This document shows, piece after piece, positions 44,362 to 53,332 of a stretch of 64,000 nucleotides of DNA. Each line of letters begins with the position of its first letter. The stretch's first letter is position 1. Source of the stretch: an uncultured Spirochaetota bacterium. GTDB lineage: Bacteria > Spirochaetota > Spirochaetia > SZUA-6 > Fen-1364. Made by a program: the position numbers and the translations under genes. The notes below the pieces were generated by a model. It was not told the DNA's origin. It ran no database searches and was given only the letters and a program-made list of their open reading frames with translations. The stretch covers positions 198,886 to 262,885 of the forward strand of contig CAVTHO010000005.1 of assembly GCA_963734545.1 (NCBI GenBank), written 5' to 3'.

Positions 44362-45143
44362 GCGTGCGGCCCTTCTTCTCGACCGGCCAGCTCACGATTT
44401 TCAATGCGAACGTGCTCTCCACCCGGGCGGTCGCCCCCGGCAGCGTCAACCTGATCGTCACGTCACCTCCCTACAACGTCGATATCGCCTACGGAAAACA
44501 CGACGACGCGCTCTCCTACCCGCAGTATCTCCGGTTCAGCCGCAGGTGGCTGGCACGGTGCTTTTCCTGGCTCCGGGAGGACGGAAGGCTCTGCCTGAAC
44601 ATCCCCCTGGACAAGAACAAGGACGGCCAGCAGAGCGTGGGTGCCGACCTTACATCCATCGCAAAGGAGATCGGCTTCCACTACCACTCGACGATCGTGT
44701 GGAACGAAGGGAATATCTCCCGGCGCACCGCGTGGGGCTCGTGGATGAGCGCCTCCGCGCCATACGTGATCGCCCCCGTGGAGTTGATCGTTGTTCTGTA
44801 TCGCGCGCACTGGAAAAGGCGTTCCGGCACCGGCGAGTCGGACATCACGAGACGCGAGTTCATGGACTGGACAAACGGGCTCTGGACATTCAACGGGGAA
44901 AGCAGGAAAAGGACGGGCCACCCGGCTCCGTTCCCCCTGGAGCTGCCCCGGCGCTGCGTCAAGCTCTTCAGCTTTGTCGGTGACACGGTCCTCGACCCCT
45001 TCATGGGCAGCGGCACGACGCTGTGTGCCGCCGCAGGCTGCGGCAGAAAGGCCATCGGCATCGAGATCGAGGAACGCTACTGCGCGCTTGCCGCGGCGCG
45101 CCTTGAAAGAACGCTCCCGATGGACCACAATGCAGGGCCGTGA
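44358..45143 (+). CDS. Beta-class DNA methyltransferase (N4-cytosine or N6-adenine), no adjacent endonuclease
   Basis: Catalytic motif IV-like IVTSPPYNV near the N-terminus, and AdoMet motif I-like VLDPFMGSGTT near the C-terminus (beta-class order). HPAPFP motif. Intact frame. Confidence 0.85.
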   Translation: MSVRPFFSTGQLTIFNANVLSTRAVAPGSVNLIVTSPPYNVDIAYGKHDDALSYPQYLRFSRRWLARCFSWLREDGRLCLNIPLDKNKDGQQSVGADLTSIAKEIGFHYHSTIVWNEGNISRRTAWGSWMSASAPYVIAPVELIVVLYRAHWKRRSGTGESDITRREFMDWTNGLWTFNGESRKRTGHPAPFPLELPRRCVKLFSFVGDTVLDPFMGSGTTLCAAAGCGRKAIGIEIEERYCALAAARLERTLPMDHNAGP

Positions 45144-45644
45144 CCATCCGGATCATCATCACCGGCGGCACCTTCGACAAGCACTACGACGAGATCCGGG
45201 GCAACCTGACCTTCAAGGACACCCACCTGCCCGAGATCCTCAAGTTCGTGCGCTGCTCCGTCCCGATCGAGGTGGAGCTGAACCAGCTCATCGACAGCCT
45301 CGACATGCACACTTGCCAACCGTCAGCAGGTGCTCGAGTCCTGCCGGCGGGCACCGGAAGAACTCATCGTCATCACCCACGGCACGGACACGATGGTGGA
45401 AACGGCCGGTGTGCTGGGCGCGGCAGGGTTGGAGAAGACGATCGTCCTCACCGGCGCCATGGTGCCGTACATCTTCAACAACTCCGACGCCGTGTTCAAC
45501 CTCGGGTGCGCGGTCACCGCCGTGCAGGTCCTGCCGCGCGGCGTCTACATCGCAATGAACGGACGCGTCTTTCCGTGGGACGACGTGCGAAAGAACAGGG
45601 AACTGGGAATCTTCGAGCGCAGGAGCGAATCCGGAGCAACATGA
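45140..45644 (+). CDS. Short asparaginase-domain protein (N-terminal asparaginase/glutaminase fold only); one frame break at about 45305-45325
   Basis: IIITGGTFDK (TGGT nucleophile motif) in ORF 45140 and ITHGTDTM, LTGAM in ORF 45330. GTGA overlap with the methyltransferase stop. Confidence 0.65.
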
Positions 45645-45703
45645 ACGCCTTCTTTCCCCTGTGATCTCTTGCGCACAGTCGTCAAACCTGCTATCACCAG
45701 ATA

Positions 45704-46684
45704 ATGCCCGACTTATCGTCCACCTACATGGGATTGCGCCTGAAAAATCCGCTCATCGCCGGCAGCTCCGGACTCACCGGCACACCGGAAAGCCTGCTGG
45801 CCCTGCAGGCCGGCGGCGTGGCCGCCGTGGTTCTCAAGTCGATCTTCGAAGAGGAGATCGCGTCCGAATACACCGAGGTTCTCACGAAGGCCAGGCAGAA
45901 GGGCATGAGCCTGGAGTCCTACGACTACTACGACTACCAGATCCGCAGCGAACGGGTCACGTCATACGTGGAGCTGGTCCGGCGGGCCAAGAAGGATCTG
46001 TCCATACCCGTTATCGCCAGCGTCAACTGCACCTACTCGCATGAATGGGTCTCATTTGCCCGTGACCTCGAGGCCGCAGGCGCGGACGGCCTGGAGCTGA
46101 ACATGTTCTTCCTTCCCTCCGACCTGAAGCGCTCCAGCGAAGAGCGGGAAAAAGAGTACTTCCTCATCATCGAGCGGGTCCTCAAGGAAGTGCGCGTGCC
46201 CGTCGCCTTGAAGATCAGCCCGTACTTCTCCACTCTGGCGCAGATGATCAACAGGCTGTCGCGCACAGGCGTCGCGGCGCTCGTCCTCTTCAACCGCTTC
46301 TACTCGATCGACTTCGACATCGAAAAGATGGCCGTCACCGCCTCCCACACGCTGAGCACCGAGGCAGAGCTTGCCGCGCCCCTTCGATGGGTGGCGCTCA
46401 TGTCCCGGCGCGTGGGCTGCGATCTTGCGGCATCCACCGGCATGCACGACGGGGTCGGACTGATCAAGCAGCTCCTGGCCGGAGCAAAAGCGGCGCAGGC
46501 CGTGTCCGCCCTTTATCGCAATGGCCCGGGCTACGCGGCCAGGATGCTGGAGGAGCTGGGAAACTGGATGGACCGGCACGGATACAGGGCAATCGCCGAT
46601 TTCCGTGGGAAGATGAGCCAGGCAGAGAGCGAGGATCCGGCCGCTTACGAGCGGGTCCAGTTCATGAAGCAGTTTGGCGAATGA
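45704..46684 (+). CDS. Dihydroorotate dehydrogenase-like / dihydropyrimidine dehydrogenase (PreA)-like flavoprotein paralogue
   Basis: LKNP.IAGSSGLT, VLKS, IASVN, LELN, ALKISPYF, and LFNRF. This is a class-1 DHOD-like TIM barrel but is clearly distinct from the pyrD at 42537. Confidence 0.72.
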   Translation: MPDLSSTYMGLRLKNPLIAGSSGLTGTPESLLALQAGGVAAVVLKSIFEEEIASEYTEVLTKARQKGMSLESYDYYDYQIRSERVTSYVELVRRAKKDLSIPVIASVNCTYSHEWVSFARDLEAAGADGLELNMFFLPSDLKRSSEEREKEYFLIIERVLKEVRVPVALKISPYFSTLAQMINRLSRTGVAALVLFNRFYSIDFDIEKMAVTASHTLSTEAELAAPLRWVALMSRRVGCDLAASTGMHDGVGLIKQLLAGAKAAQAVSALYRNGPGYAARMLEELGNWMDRHGYRAIADFRGKMSQAESEDPAAYERVQFMKQFGE

Positions 46685-46711
46685 AGGGAAGGGCGGCAGG
46701 GGCCTGCCCGC

Positions 46712-48989
46712 ATGAAAAAGCGAATCACCCTTGGCCTGCAGATCGACCAGCTCGTTTCAGGTTACGCGCGCCTGCTCCTTGCAGGAGTCATGGCCGGGAG
46801 CAGGGAACATGACGTCAATCTGATCGTCTTCTCCGGGAGAGTTCTCCACTCTCCCGAGGGGCACCAGTATCAGAACAACGTCATATTCGACTACATCAGG
46901 CCGGGCACGGTGGATGCCCTTGTCATGGCCACGGGAACGCAGTGCACGTACCAGTCCACCGCCGAGTTCCGTGACTACACGCGGCGTTTCGGGGCAATGC
47001 CGCTCGTCAGCGTCGGCATTCGGATCGAAGACGTGCCGAGCATCCTCGTCGACAATCAGAAGGGCGTCCTCGAGGCCATGGCGCATCTTGTCAATGAGCA
47101 TGGGTGCCGTCGCATCGCTTTCCTCCAGGGCCCCACGCGGAATCCCGAAGCGGACGCCCGATTTGCCGCCTATCGCGAGTCGGTGCGAACGTGGGGCCTT
47201 GCCGATGATCCGGAACTCTGCCTGGCGGGAGACTTCACCGCGTCAGGGGCACGACTCGCGCTGGACGTCTATCTGAGACGTCATCGCGCGCCCGGGTTCC
47301 AGGCGCTCGTTGCCGCCAATGACGCGATGGCCATTGCGGCCGCGCAGCTTCTCGGCGAATGGGGATTCTCCGTCCCGCGCGACGTGGCAATCGTCGGCTT
47401 CGACAATATCACCACGTCCCAGTTCGCTCTCCCGCCCGTCACGACTGTCGATCAGTCCGTCTACGAGCAGGGGCGCGCGGCGGTGGATTGCGCGGTGCGG
47501 CTCCTTCGCGCCGAGCAGGTTCCCCTCGAAGTCGTCCTTCCCACCCGGCTGGTTCTCCGCACCTCGTGCGGCTGCCTGCCGCGCTCGGTCGTGGAGCTCG
47601 GCGCTCTCCCCGCCCGCCCCGGCAGGTCCGGCGCCTCCTCGGACCCGCGCGCCATCAGCGATCGCTGCGGGGCCCGGTTGGCGGAAAAGGGATTCGTCGC
47701 GGGTGCGCGAATCTCGCGGGACGCGCTGATTCCGCTCATCGCAACACGCCGGCACGGAGGAGTTCTTCCGCGTCCTGCAGGACCTGCTGCGGGAAGAGAT
47801 CGCGCACGGAGCCGATACCTCGTACTGGCAGGTCCTCCTGAACGGCCTGCAGGAGGAGCTCGTCTCCCTGGCGGACACCGAGGCAGAAGTGGCGCGGGTC
47901 GGGGTGATGCTGCAGAAGGCGCGGGTGCTCCTCGCGGAAATGCTCCGCCTCGAGCAGGGAAAAGGCTGGACTGATCTCCAGAGTCATCTGCACTCGCTTC
48001 GCTCCCTCATGGAGCGGCTCATCTCGGTCGCCTCCATCGACGAGCTGATGGGCGATCTTGCCGATGAGCTCCCGCGCGTTGCCATCAGCACCTGCTTCAT
48101 TGCCGGATACTCCGGCGAGATACGACACGGACGCGCGGACACGTGGGTGATCCCCGCCCGCGCCGAGGTGATGCTCGCCTGCATCGACGGGCACCGGAAA
48201 GTGTTGCGTGAGACGGAGCGCTATTTTGCGCCGGCGGAAAGCCTCGTGCCGGCGGGGCTGCTCCCGGAAGACCGGCGGTACACGCTCATCGCCACCTCGA
48301 TGTATTTCCGGGAGGACCAGATCGGCTACCTCGTGTTCGAGCCGGGAGACCGCGACAACGCGGTCTACGAAGCGTTCTCCGTGCAGTTGAGCAACATGCT
48401 CAAGGGCTCCCTCCTGTTCACTGCCCGGCAAAGGGTGGAAGAGAGGCTGCGGGAGGTCCTTGCGGATCTCGAGGAATACAACCAGAGGCTCTCCGGCCTC
48501 TCCCAGACCGATGAGCTGACCGGCCTGTACAACAGGCGGGGATTCCTGAACTTCGGAAAGCAGAGTCTCGGTATCGCGCGCCGCATGAGCAGGGAAGGGA
48601 ACCTTTTCTTCGTCGATCTGGACGATTTGAAGCTGATCAATGACACGTACGGCCACCAGGAGGGTGACCTGGTGATCAGGCAGGCGGCGAAGACCCTTCT
48701 GGATACTTTCCGCCGAATGGACATCATTGCCCGGCTCGGTGGTGACGAATTCGCCATTCTTGCGGTCAACACGACCTCCGGTTTTCTCGACACTGTCCGG
48801 AAGAGGTTGGACGAGAATCTTGCCGCCTATAATAACGATGCGGGGAAGGGGTACCGTATTTCAATGAGCATCGGCGCCGTCGCGTTCGACCCGCGCGCTC
48901 CTGTCAGCCTCGAGGCGCTCCTGGGCAGCGCGGATGAGCTCCTCTACGCGGAGAAGAAGAGGAAGAAGGAAGCCGGGAATGCCTCGTGA
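46712..48989 (+). CDS. Cytoplasmic LacI-type sugar-binding domain (no HTH) - helical middle domain - GGDEF diguanylate cyclase; one frame break at about 47733-47750
   Basis: Peripla_BP-like region ending ..VAANDAMAIAAAQLL...VPRDVAIVGFDNI....LPPVTTVDQS. Frame B is open from 47736 and reads AGTEEFFRVLQDLL... into ORF 47889. The C-terminus has DELTGLYNRRGF, I-site RRMD and an intact GGDEF. Confidence 0.75.
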
Positions 48990-50310
48990 TGAGAATCAGC
49001 GGCCGACTGCTCCGCGGGAGAGGTATGACCTGGTGATCGCGGGCACGGGCCCTGCCGGCCTGGGCGCCGGGTTCGCGTTCTCGGAAGCGCGGCCGGGCGC
49101 TTCCGTGCTGATGATCGATTCCTCCTCCATCAGCACCGGCGGCCTGTGCAATGACTGCAAGATGAACTTCACGTTTCCCATTGGGTTTCCGCTGGAGTAT
49201 TGGACACCCCCGGCGGCGGAGCGCTACCTCTCTGCCGTCATCGCGCGGCTGCGGCCGGCCATCCTCGAGAAGAAGAATATCGGGGTTTACAGCCGAAGGG
49301 CGGAGAAGCTGGGCGTGCAGGTGCTGGAGGTCCGCCAGTCCCACCTGGGCACGGACGGCGGCGTGAATCTGGTGCGCGAGCTCGTGCAGGATCTGTCTTC
49401 CCGGGGGGTATCGTTCTCACTCGGTGAAACGGTGCGCGACGTCAGGGAGAACGAACGCGTGGTGGTCACCGATCGGCGGGAAATCGAGTATGGAAGCCTT
49501 GTCGTGGCCCCGGGCAGAAGGGGATTCGCATTCCTGCAGCAGCTCATGGACAGGCTGGGAGTGCCCTATGTGGACAACGTGGTGGACATCGGGCTGCGGC
49601 TGGAGATGCGGGCCGAGAACTATCCCATCGTCAAGGACTACTACGATCCGAAATTCCTCTTCCCCCAGAAGGTGCGGACCTTCTGCACCAACAGCGGAAA
49701 GGCCTACGTGGTGAAGGAGAAGTACGAGGGCCGCGAGAATCGCGACTATTTCAGCATCAACGGCCACGCCTTCTCCCAGCGGGGAAAGGCCAGCGGACTG
49801 GTGAATTTCGCCCTGCTGAAGACGGTCCGGTTCACGGAGCCGCTGGCGAGCGGACAGGAGTTCGCCGCCATGCTCGGCCAGCAGGCCATGCTCATGGGAG
49901 GCGGTCAGCCTCTCATGCAGAGGGTCGGGGACTTCCGGCTGGGCAAGCGCTCCAAGGCGGAGAGCTTCACCGGTGACCTGTACGACTTCGCGCCCACGCT
50001 TCCCTCCTGCACCCCCGGGGACATCGCCCTTGCCATGCCCGCAAAAATCCTGCGCGCGATCTGGAGATCGATGAAGCTTCTGGACACGATCATTCCCGGC
50101 GTCCTGCATCCTTCCACGGTCATGTACTATCCCGAGATAAAGCTCTACGGCAACAAGCCGCGCTTCATCGATGAGAGCTTCCAGGCGCGGCCGGGCATCT
50201 GGATGATCGGCGATGGCGCCGGCACGAGCCGGGGGATCACCGCCGCCTGGGCCAGCGGCATCCGCGCGGTGGAGGGGATCCTGAATCAGAACCCGCCCCC
50301 GCGCGCGTAG
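48979..50310 (+). CDS. FAD-dependent oxidoreductase (COG2509-like, uncharacterised)
   Basis: Rossmann motif YDLVIAGTGPAGLGAG and C-terminal GDGAG.SRGI. Start at ATG 48979 overlaps the GGDEF gene stop. Confidence 0.7.
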   Translation: MPRDENQRPTAPRERYDLVIAGTGPAGLGAGFAFSEARPGASVLMIDSSSISTGGLCNDCKMNFTFPIGFPLEYWTPPAAERYLSAVIARLRPAILEKKNIGVYSRRAEKLGVQVLEVRQSHLGTDGGVNLVRELVQDLSSRGVSFSLGETVRDVRENERVVVTDRREIEYGSLVVAPGRRGFAFLQQLMDRLGVPYVDNVVDIGLRLEMRAENYPIVKDYYDPKFLFPQKVRTFCTNSGKAYVVKEKYEGRENRDYFSINGHAFSQRGKASGLVNFALLKTVRFTEPLASGQEFAAMLGQQAMLMGGGQPLMQRVGDFRLGKRSKAESFTGDLYDFAPTLPSCTPGDIALAMPAKILRAIWRSMKLLDTIIPGVLHPSTVMYYPEIKLYGNKPRFIDESFQARPGIWMIGDGAGTSRGITAAWASGIRAVEGILNQNPPPRA

Positions 50311-50316
50311 CCGGCG

Positions 50317-50688
50317 CTACTGAACTTTGATGGTCGCGTGCGTCATGGTCGGATGGATCGTGCACTTGTACGTGTACGTGCCGGGGAGCGTCAGCATCAG
50401 GCTGTACGATGCCCCCGGTGCAATAGGTCCGCTGTCAAAGGCCGGTGAGCCTGCCGCATCTGTCACCGTATGGGAAACGCCGTCGTAGTTGGTCCATGTC
50501 ACGGTCACGCCGCTCGAGGTAGTGATCGTCGCGGGAAAGAACGTGTACCCGGAAATGCCCGGTCCGCTGTGTGACCCTCCTGAACTGCCCATGCCTGAGC
50601 CCGGGCCCGAACCATAGCCCATGCCCATGCTGCACGATGCGATTGTGGCGGTGATGAGGACCAGGGTAAGAATCTTGCGCGCTTGCAT
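50317..50688 (-). CDS. Cupredoxin (plastocyanin/amicyanin-like) lipoprotein
   Basis: Start MQARKIL after AGGAG. Lipobox TIASC, a Gly/Ser-rich tether, and type-1 copper ligands H (GVSHTV) and C-x2-H-x2-M (YKCTIHPTM). Confidence 0.75.
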   Translation of the reverse strand: MQARKILTLVLITATIASCSMGMGYGSGPGSGMGSSGGSHSGPGISGYTFFPATITTSSGVTVTWTNYDGVSHTVTDAAGSPAFDSGPIAPGASYSLMLTLPGTYTYKCTIHPTMTHATIKVQ

Positions 50689-50755
50689 TCGCTCTCCTGA
50701 AACCCCGCCGGGTTGGCCCGGCGGGGCACTGAAATCCGATCCTGGACCCGCGGCC

Positions 50756-51250
50756 TCAGGATTTCTGACTGACGAATTCCTCGATCTTCTCCAGGAGCTC
50801 GCCCGCGTTCTTGCTGCCGGCCTTTTCGAGGATGATGTACTGCTGGACGGCCTTCGCAAGATTGCCCTGCTGCAGGTAGGCCTCGCCGTAGTACTCACGC
50901 GCCTCCGGGAAGTTCGGCTTCAGCTTCAAGGCAGTTTCATAGTAGGTGAATGCCTTGGCGACATTGCCCATCTTCCGCGTGCTGAAGCCGAGCATGTTGT
51001 AGGCTTCCGCATAGTCGCGCTTCAGGTCGATGGCCCTCTGAAAAAAGTTGGCGGCCTCCGCGTATTTTCCCGCCTGGGATGCCGCATACCCTGAATTGTA
51101 CAAGTCAACCGGGCTGGGTGAAGCGGCCGATGTCCCGCTGGAGCTGCCGCTCGCGCCCGTGCCGCCGCCACCACCTCCGCCTCCGGATCCCGCGGCGAAG
51201 ACCGTACCCGCCAGGAAAAGGGAAAGAAGAAAAACCACGATCTTTCTCAT
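50756..51250 (-). CDS. Secreted TPR-repeat protein
   Basis: Start MRKIVVFLLSLFLAGTVFA after GAGGAGG. Poly-Gly/Ser linker, then three TPR-like units (YAEAANFFQRAIDL.., AYNMLGFSTRKMGN.., AREYYGEAYLQQGN..). Confidence 0.7.
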   Translation of the reverse strand: MRKIVVFLLSLFLAGTVFAAGSGGGGGGGGTGASGSSSGTSAASPSPVDLYNSGYAASQAGKYAEAANFFQRAIDLKRDYAEAYNMLGFSTRKMGNVAKAFTYYETALKLKPNFPEAREYYGEAYLQQGNLAKAVQQYIILEKAGSKNAGELLEKIEEFVSQKS

Positions 51251-51359
51251 GTCAATAAACCTCCTCGGGCACCGTTGCGCCCGTATGAATAACCTTCGTT
51301 CACACTTACATACGCAGACCGCGGGTCCGTGGATTTTCCGGGCGCCCCATTTCTGATGG

Positions 51360-51869
51360 ATGCAGCATTGGCCAAATGACTGTATGCTGTCCCTGATGAG
51401 GATTCTTCGCATCCTGCGTCTTGTCCGACAGGGAGCGACCGTGCTCCTGCTCGTTGCGCTCGTGCTGCCTCTCGCGCGATGCAGCGGGCAGGCGAGCGGA
51501 GAGCCGGCGGATCCGGAACAGGGACCGCGTGCCTACACCTACTACTACGCGTGGAGTGACTTCGATCCCCTTTCTCCGGCGAGCTGGCTGGTCCTGGCGA
51601 TTTTCGCGTGGCCTGCAGCGCTCGTTCTGTACGAGGTGATCTCCCGTCGCCCCGGGTCGATCTGGCTGCGGGCAGCCCAGGTTCTCCTGTTCGCGGGATC
51701 GATCTATGTCCTGTACATCCGTACGTTCCTCTATGAGCTGTGGTACGGCGGCTACATTGCCTACATCGCGTTGTCGGCGTGTCTGCTCGCGTCCCTTGCC
51801 GAGCTTGTCGTGATCGTCAGAATGAGATTCAGGGAACCTCTATCCCCACCTGGCTCCAGGCGCCGGTAG
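51360..51869 (+). CDS. Hypothetical membrane protein
   Basis: Four predicted hydrophobic helices and a possible lipobox LARC. No recognisable family. Start is uncertain (51360/51384/51396). The 3' end overlaps the convergent protease gene by about 40 nt. Confidence 0.4.
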   Translation: MQHWPNDCMLSLMRILRILRLVRQGATVLLLVALVLPLARCSGQASGEPADPEQGPRAYTYYYAWSDFDPLSPASWLVLAIFAWPAALVLYEVISRRPGSIWLRAAQVLLFAGSIYVLYIRTFLYELWYGGYIAYIALSACLLASLAELVVIVRMRFREPLSPPGSRRR

Positions 51870-52899
51870 CGGCCTGTTCCCCCTCGTTGCCGTAGAGCTG
51901 AAGCGCATTCAGGACAGTCAACCGCGCAAAATCCATGAACTGCGCCGTCGGGGCGAGGCGCGCATCAGTCAGCGTCCGGTACCATATCTGCCCGGCCTTT
52001 TCCCAGGAGTATCCGCCTAGGGAAATGGCGAGGCTGGCGAATGCCTTGTTGGGAATGCCGGAATTGATGTGCACCCCGCCGTCGTCCGAGGTTGTCGCCA
52101 CGTAGTCTCTCATGTGCGCCGGCTGCGGGTCCTTGCCCAGGACGGGATCGTCATAGGCGGTTCCGGGCGCCTTCATGGATCTCAGGGCAACCCCTTTGAC
52201 ACCCGGCCGCAGGAGGCCTGCCCCGATGAGCCAGTCCGCCTGCACGGCAGACTGGCGGGGTGCCGCGGTGTACTGCTTGACCATGGAACCGAACACGTCT
52301 GAGACGGACTCGTTCAACGCTCCCGACTGCCCGTTGTAGTCGAGGTTGGCCGTGTGCCCGGTCACCCCGTGCGTCAACTCATGGCCAATGACGTCAACGG
52401 CAATGGTAAACCGATTGAAGAGCCGTCCATCGCCGTCGCCGAAGATCATCCGTTCACCGTTCCAGTAGGCGTTGTCATAGTCCGTGCCGTAGTGCACCGT
52501 CGCGTCCAGCTCCATACCGGCCCCATCCACCGAGTTGCGTCGGCAGGTGTCCCAGTACAGGTCAAAGGTCGCGCCCAGGCCGTCGTATGCCTCATCAACA
52601 GCGGCATCCCCTGTCGGCCCTTGTCCCTCCGCGCGTACCCTGTTCCCGGGGATCCTCTCCGTGTGGGCGGCGTCAAAGACAGCTCGCCGCTTGTGCGGCT
52701 CGCCGGGCGCGGCCACAGGAGGGATTGCCCTCTGCCGGATGTACACGGCGGCGCGTGCTGTTCGCATTTCCGCCGCCCGCCGGAGCGTCTGCGCGGCCAT
52801 GGCGCGCTGGGCATCCGATCCGTTCCTCATTATCGCCTCCAGGAGGTGAGGAGGAAGAATGCAGAATATGGAATGGCGGTGAGGCGATTCGCAGCCCAT
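51829..52899 (-). CDS. M4 (thermolysin-family) zinc metallopeptidase, protealysin-like (no signal peptide, short propeptide)
   Basis: HELTH zinc motif (VIGHELTHGV), third ligand region GALNES.SD, and the PPL-type propeptide motif (ILPPHLLEAI) characteristic of protealysin-like proteases. Confidence 0.85.
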   Translation of the reverse strand: MGCESPHRHSIFCILPPHLLEAIMRNGSDAQRAMAAQTLRRAAEMRTARAAVYIRQRAIPPVAAPGEPHKRRAVFDAAHTERIPGNRVRAEGQGPTGDAAVDEAYDGLGATFDLYWDTCRRNSVDGAGMELDATVHYGTDYDNAYWNGERMIFGDGDGRLFNRFTIAVDVIGHELTHGVTGHTANLDYNGQSGALNESVSDVFGSMVKQYTAAPRQSAVQADWLIGAGLLRPGVKGVALRSMKAPGTAYDDPVLGKDPQPAHMRDYVATTSDDGGVHINSGIPNKAFASLAISLGGYSWEKAGQIWYRTLTDARLAPTAQFMDFARLTVLNALQLYGNEGEQAATGAWSQVGIEVP

Positions 52900-52911
52900 G
52901 CGTGTCTCCTT

Positions 52912-53223
52912 TTACGACGGATTCTCCGCTCCAAGCGTACGAAGGTAGGCCAGCAGGGCAAGGAGAGAACGGTCTGCGGCGGACTCCACCACCTTCACGG
53001 TGTGGGATTTTCCTCCGTCTTCGACGGTAATACGGTAGGAGCGGTAGTCTGCTGCCCCGACGGGGCGGATTGAATCTGATTGATCGAAGAAATGCGCGGC
53101 GCGCACCATGGATTCGATTTCACCTGCCTGAAGCGTGGTCAGTCGCTCAGTATCGATGCGGAGCGGCCTCCGAAGGCCGGGAAAGTAGGCGAACCCGCCG
53201 AGTGTCTCGAATTGGATGCGCAT
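52912..53223 (-). CDS. Emfourin-like small protein (putative inhibitor of the adjacent M4 protease)
   Basis: 103 aa from MRIQFETLGGFAYFPGL...YRITVEDGGKSHTV. It is 12 nt upstream of and co-oriented with the protease gene. Its size, N-terminus and context match my recollection of the emfourin family. The upstream part of the 164-aa ORF looks non-coding. Confidence 0.55.
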   Translation of the reverse strand: MRIQFETLGGFAYFPGLRRPLRIDTERLTTLQAGEIESMVRAAHFFDQSDSIRPVGAADYRSYRITVEDGGKSHTVKVVESAADRSLLALLAYLRTLGAENPS

Positions 53224-53332
53224 GGCGCTTTTCTGACTCGTCAAAAAGTACTCTCGTGCTGCCCACCGGTCAATCCATCGCGGGGTCGGTCCCCGCCGCC
53301 GCGTCATTTCCTGAGTATATTCAAGCGGAGGT

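Noticed and set aside
39208-45330. Genomic island or mobile element explaining the frameshift-rich block with a methyltransferase
   Set aside because: The content is core metabolism (fhs, pyrFE, pyrD, pyrK). I saw no integrase, transposase, tRNA target or flanking direct repeats, and no visible compositional change.
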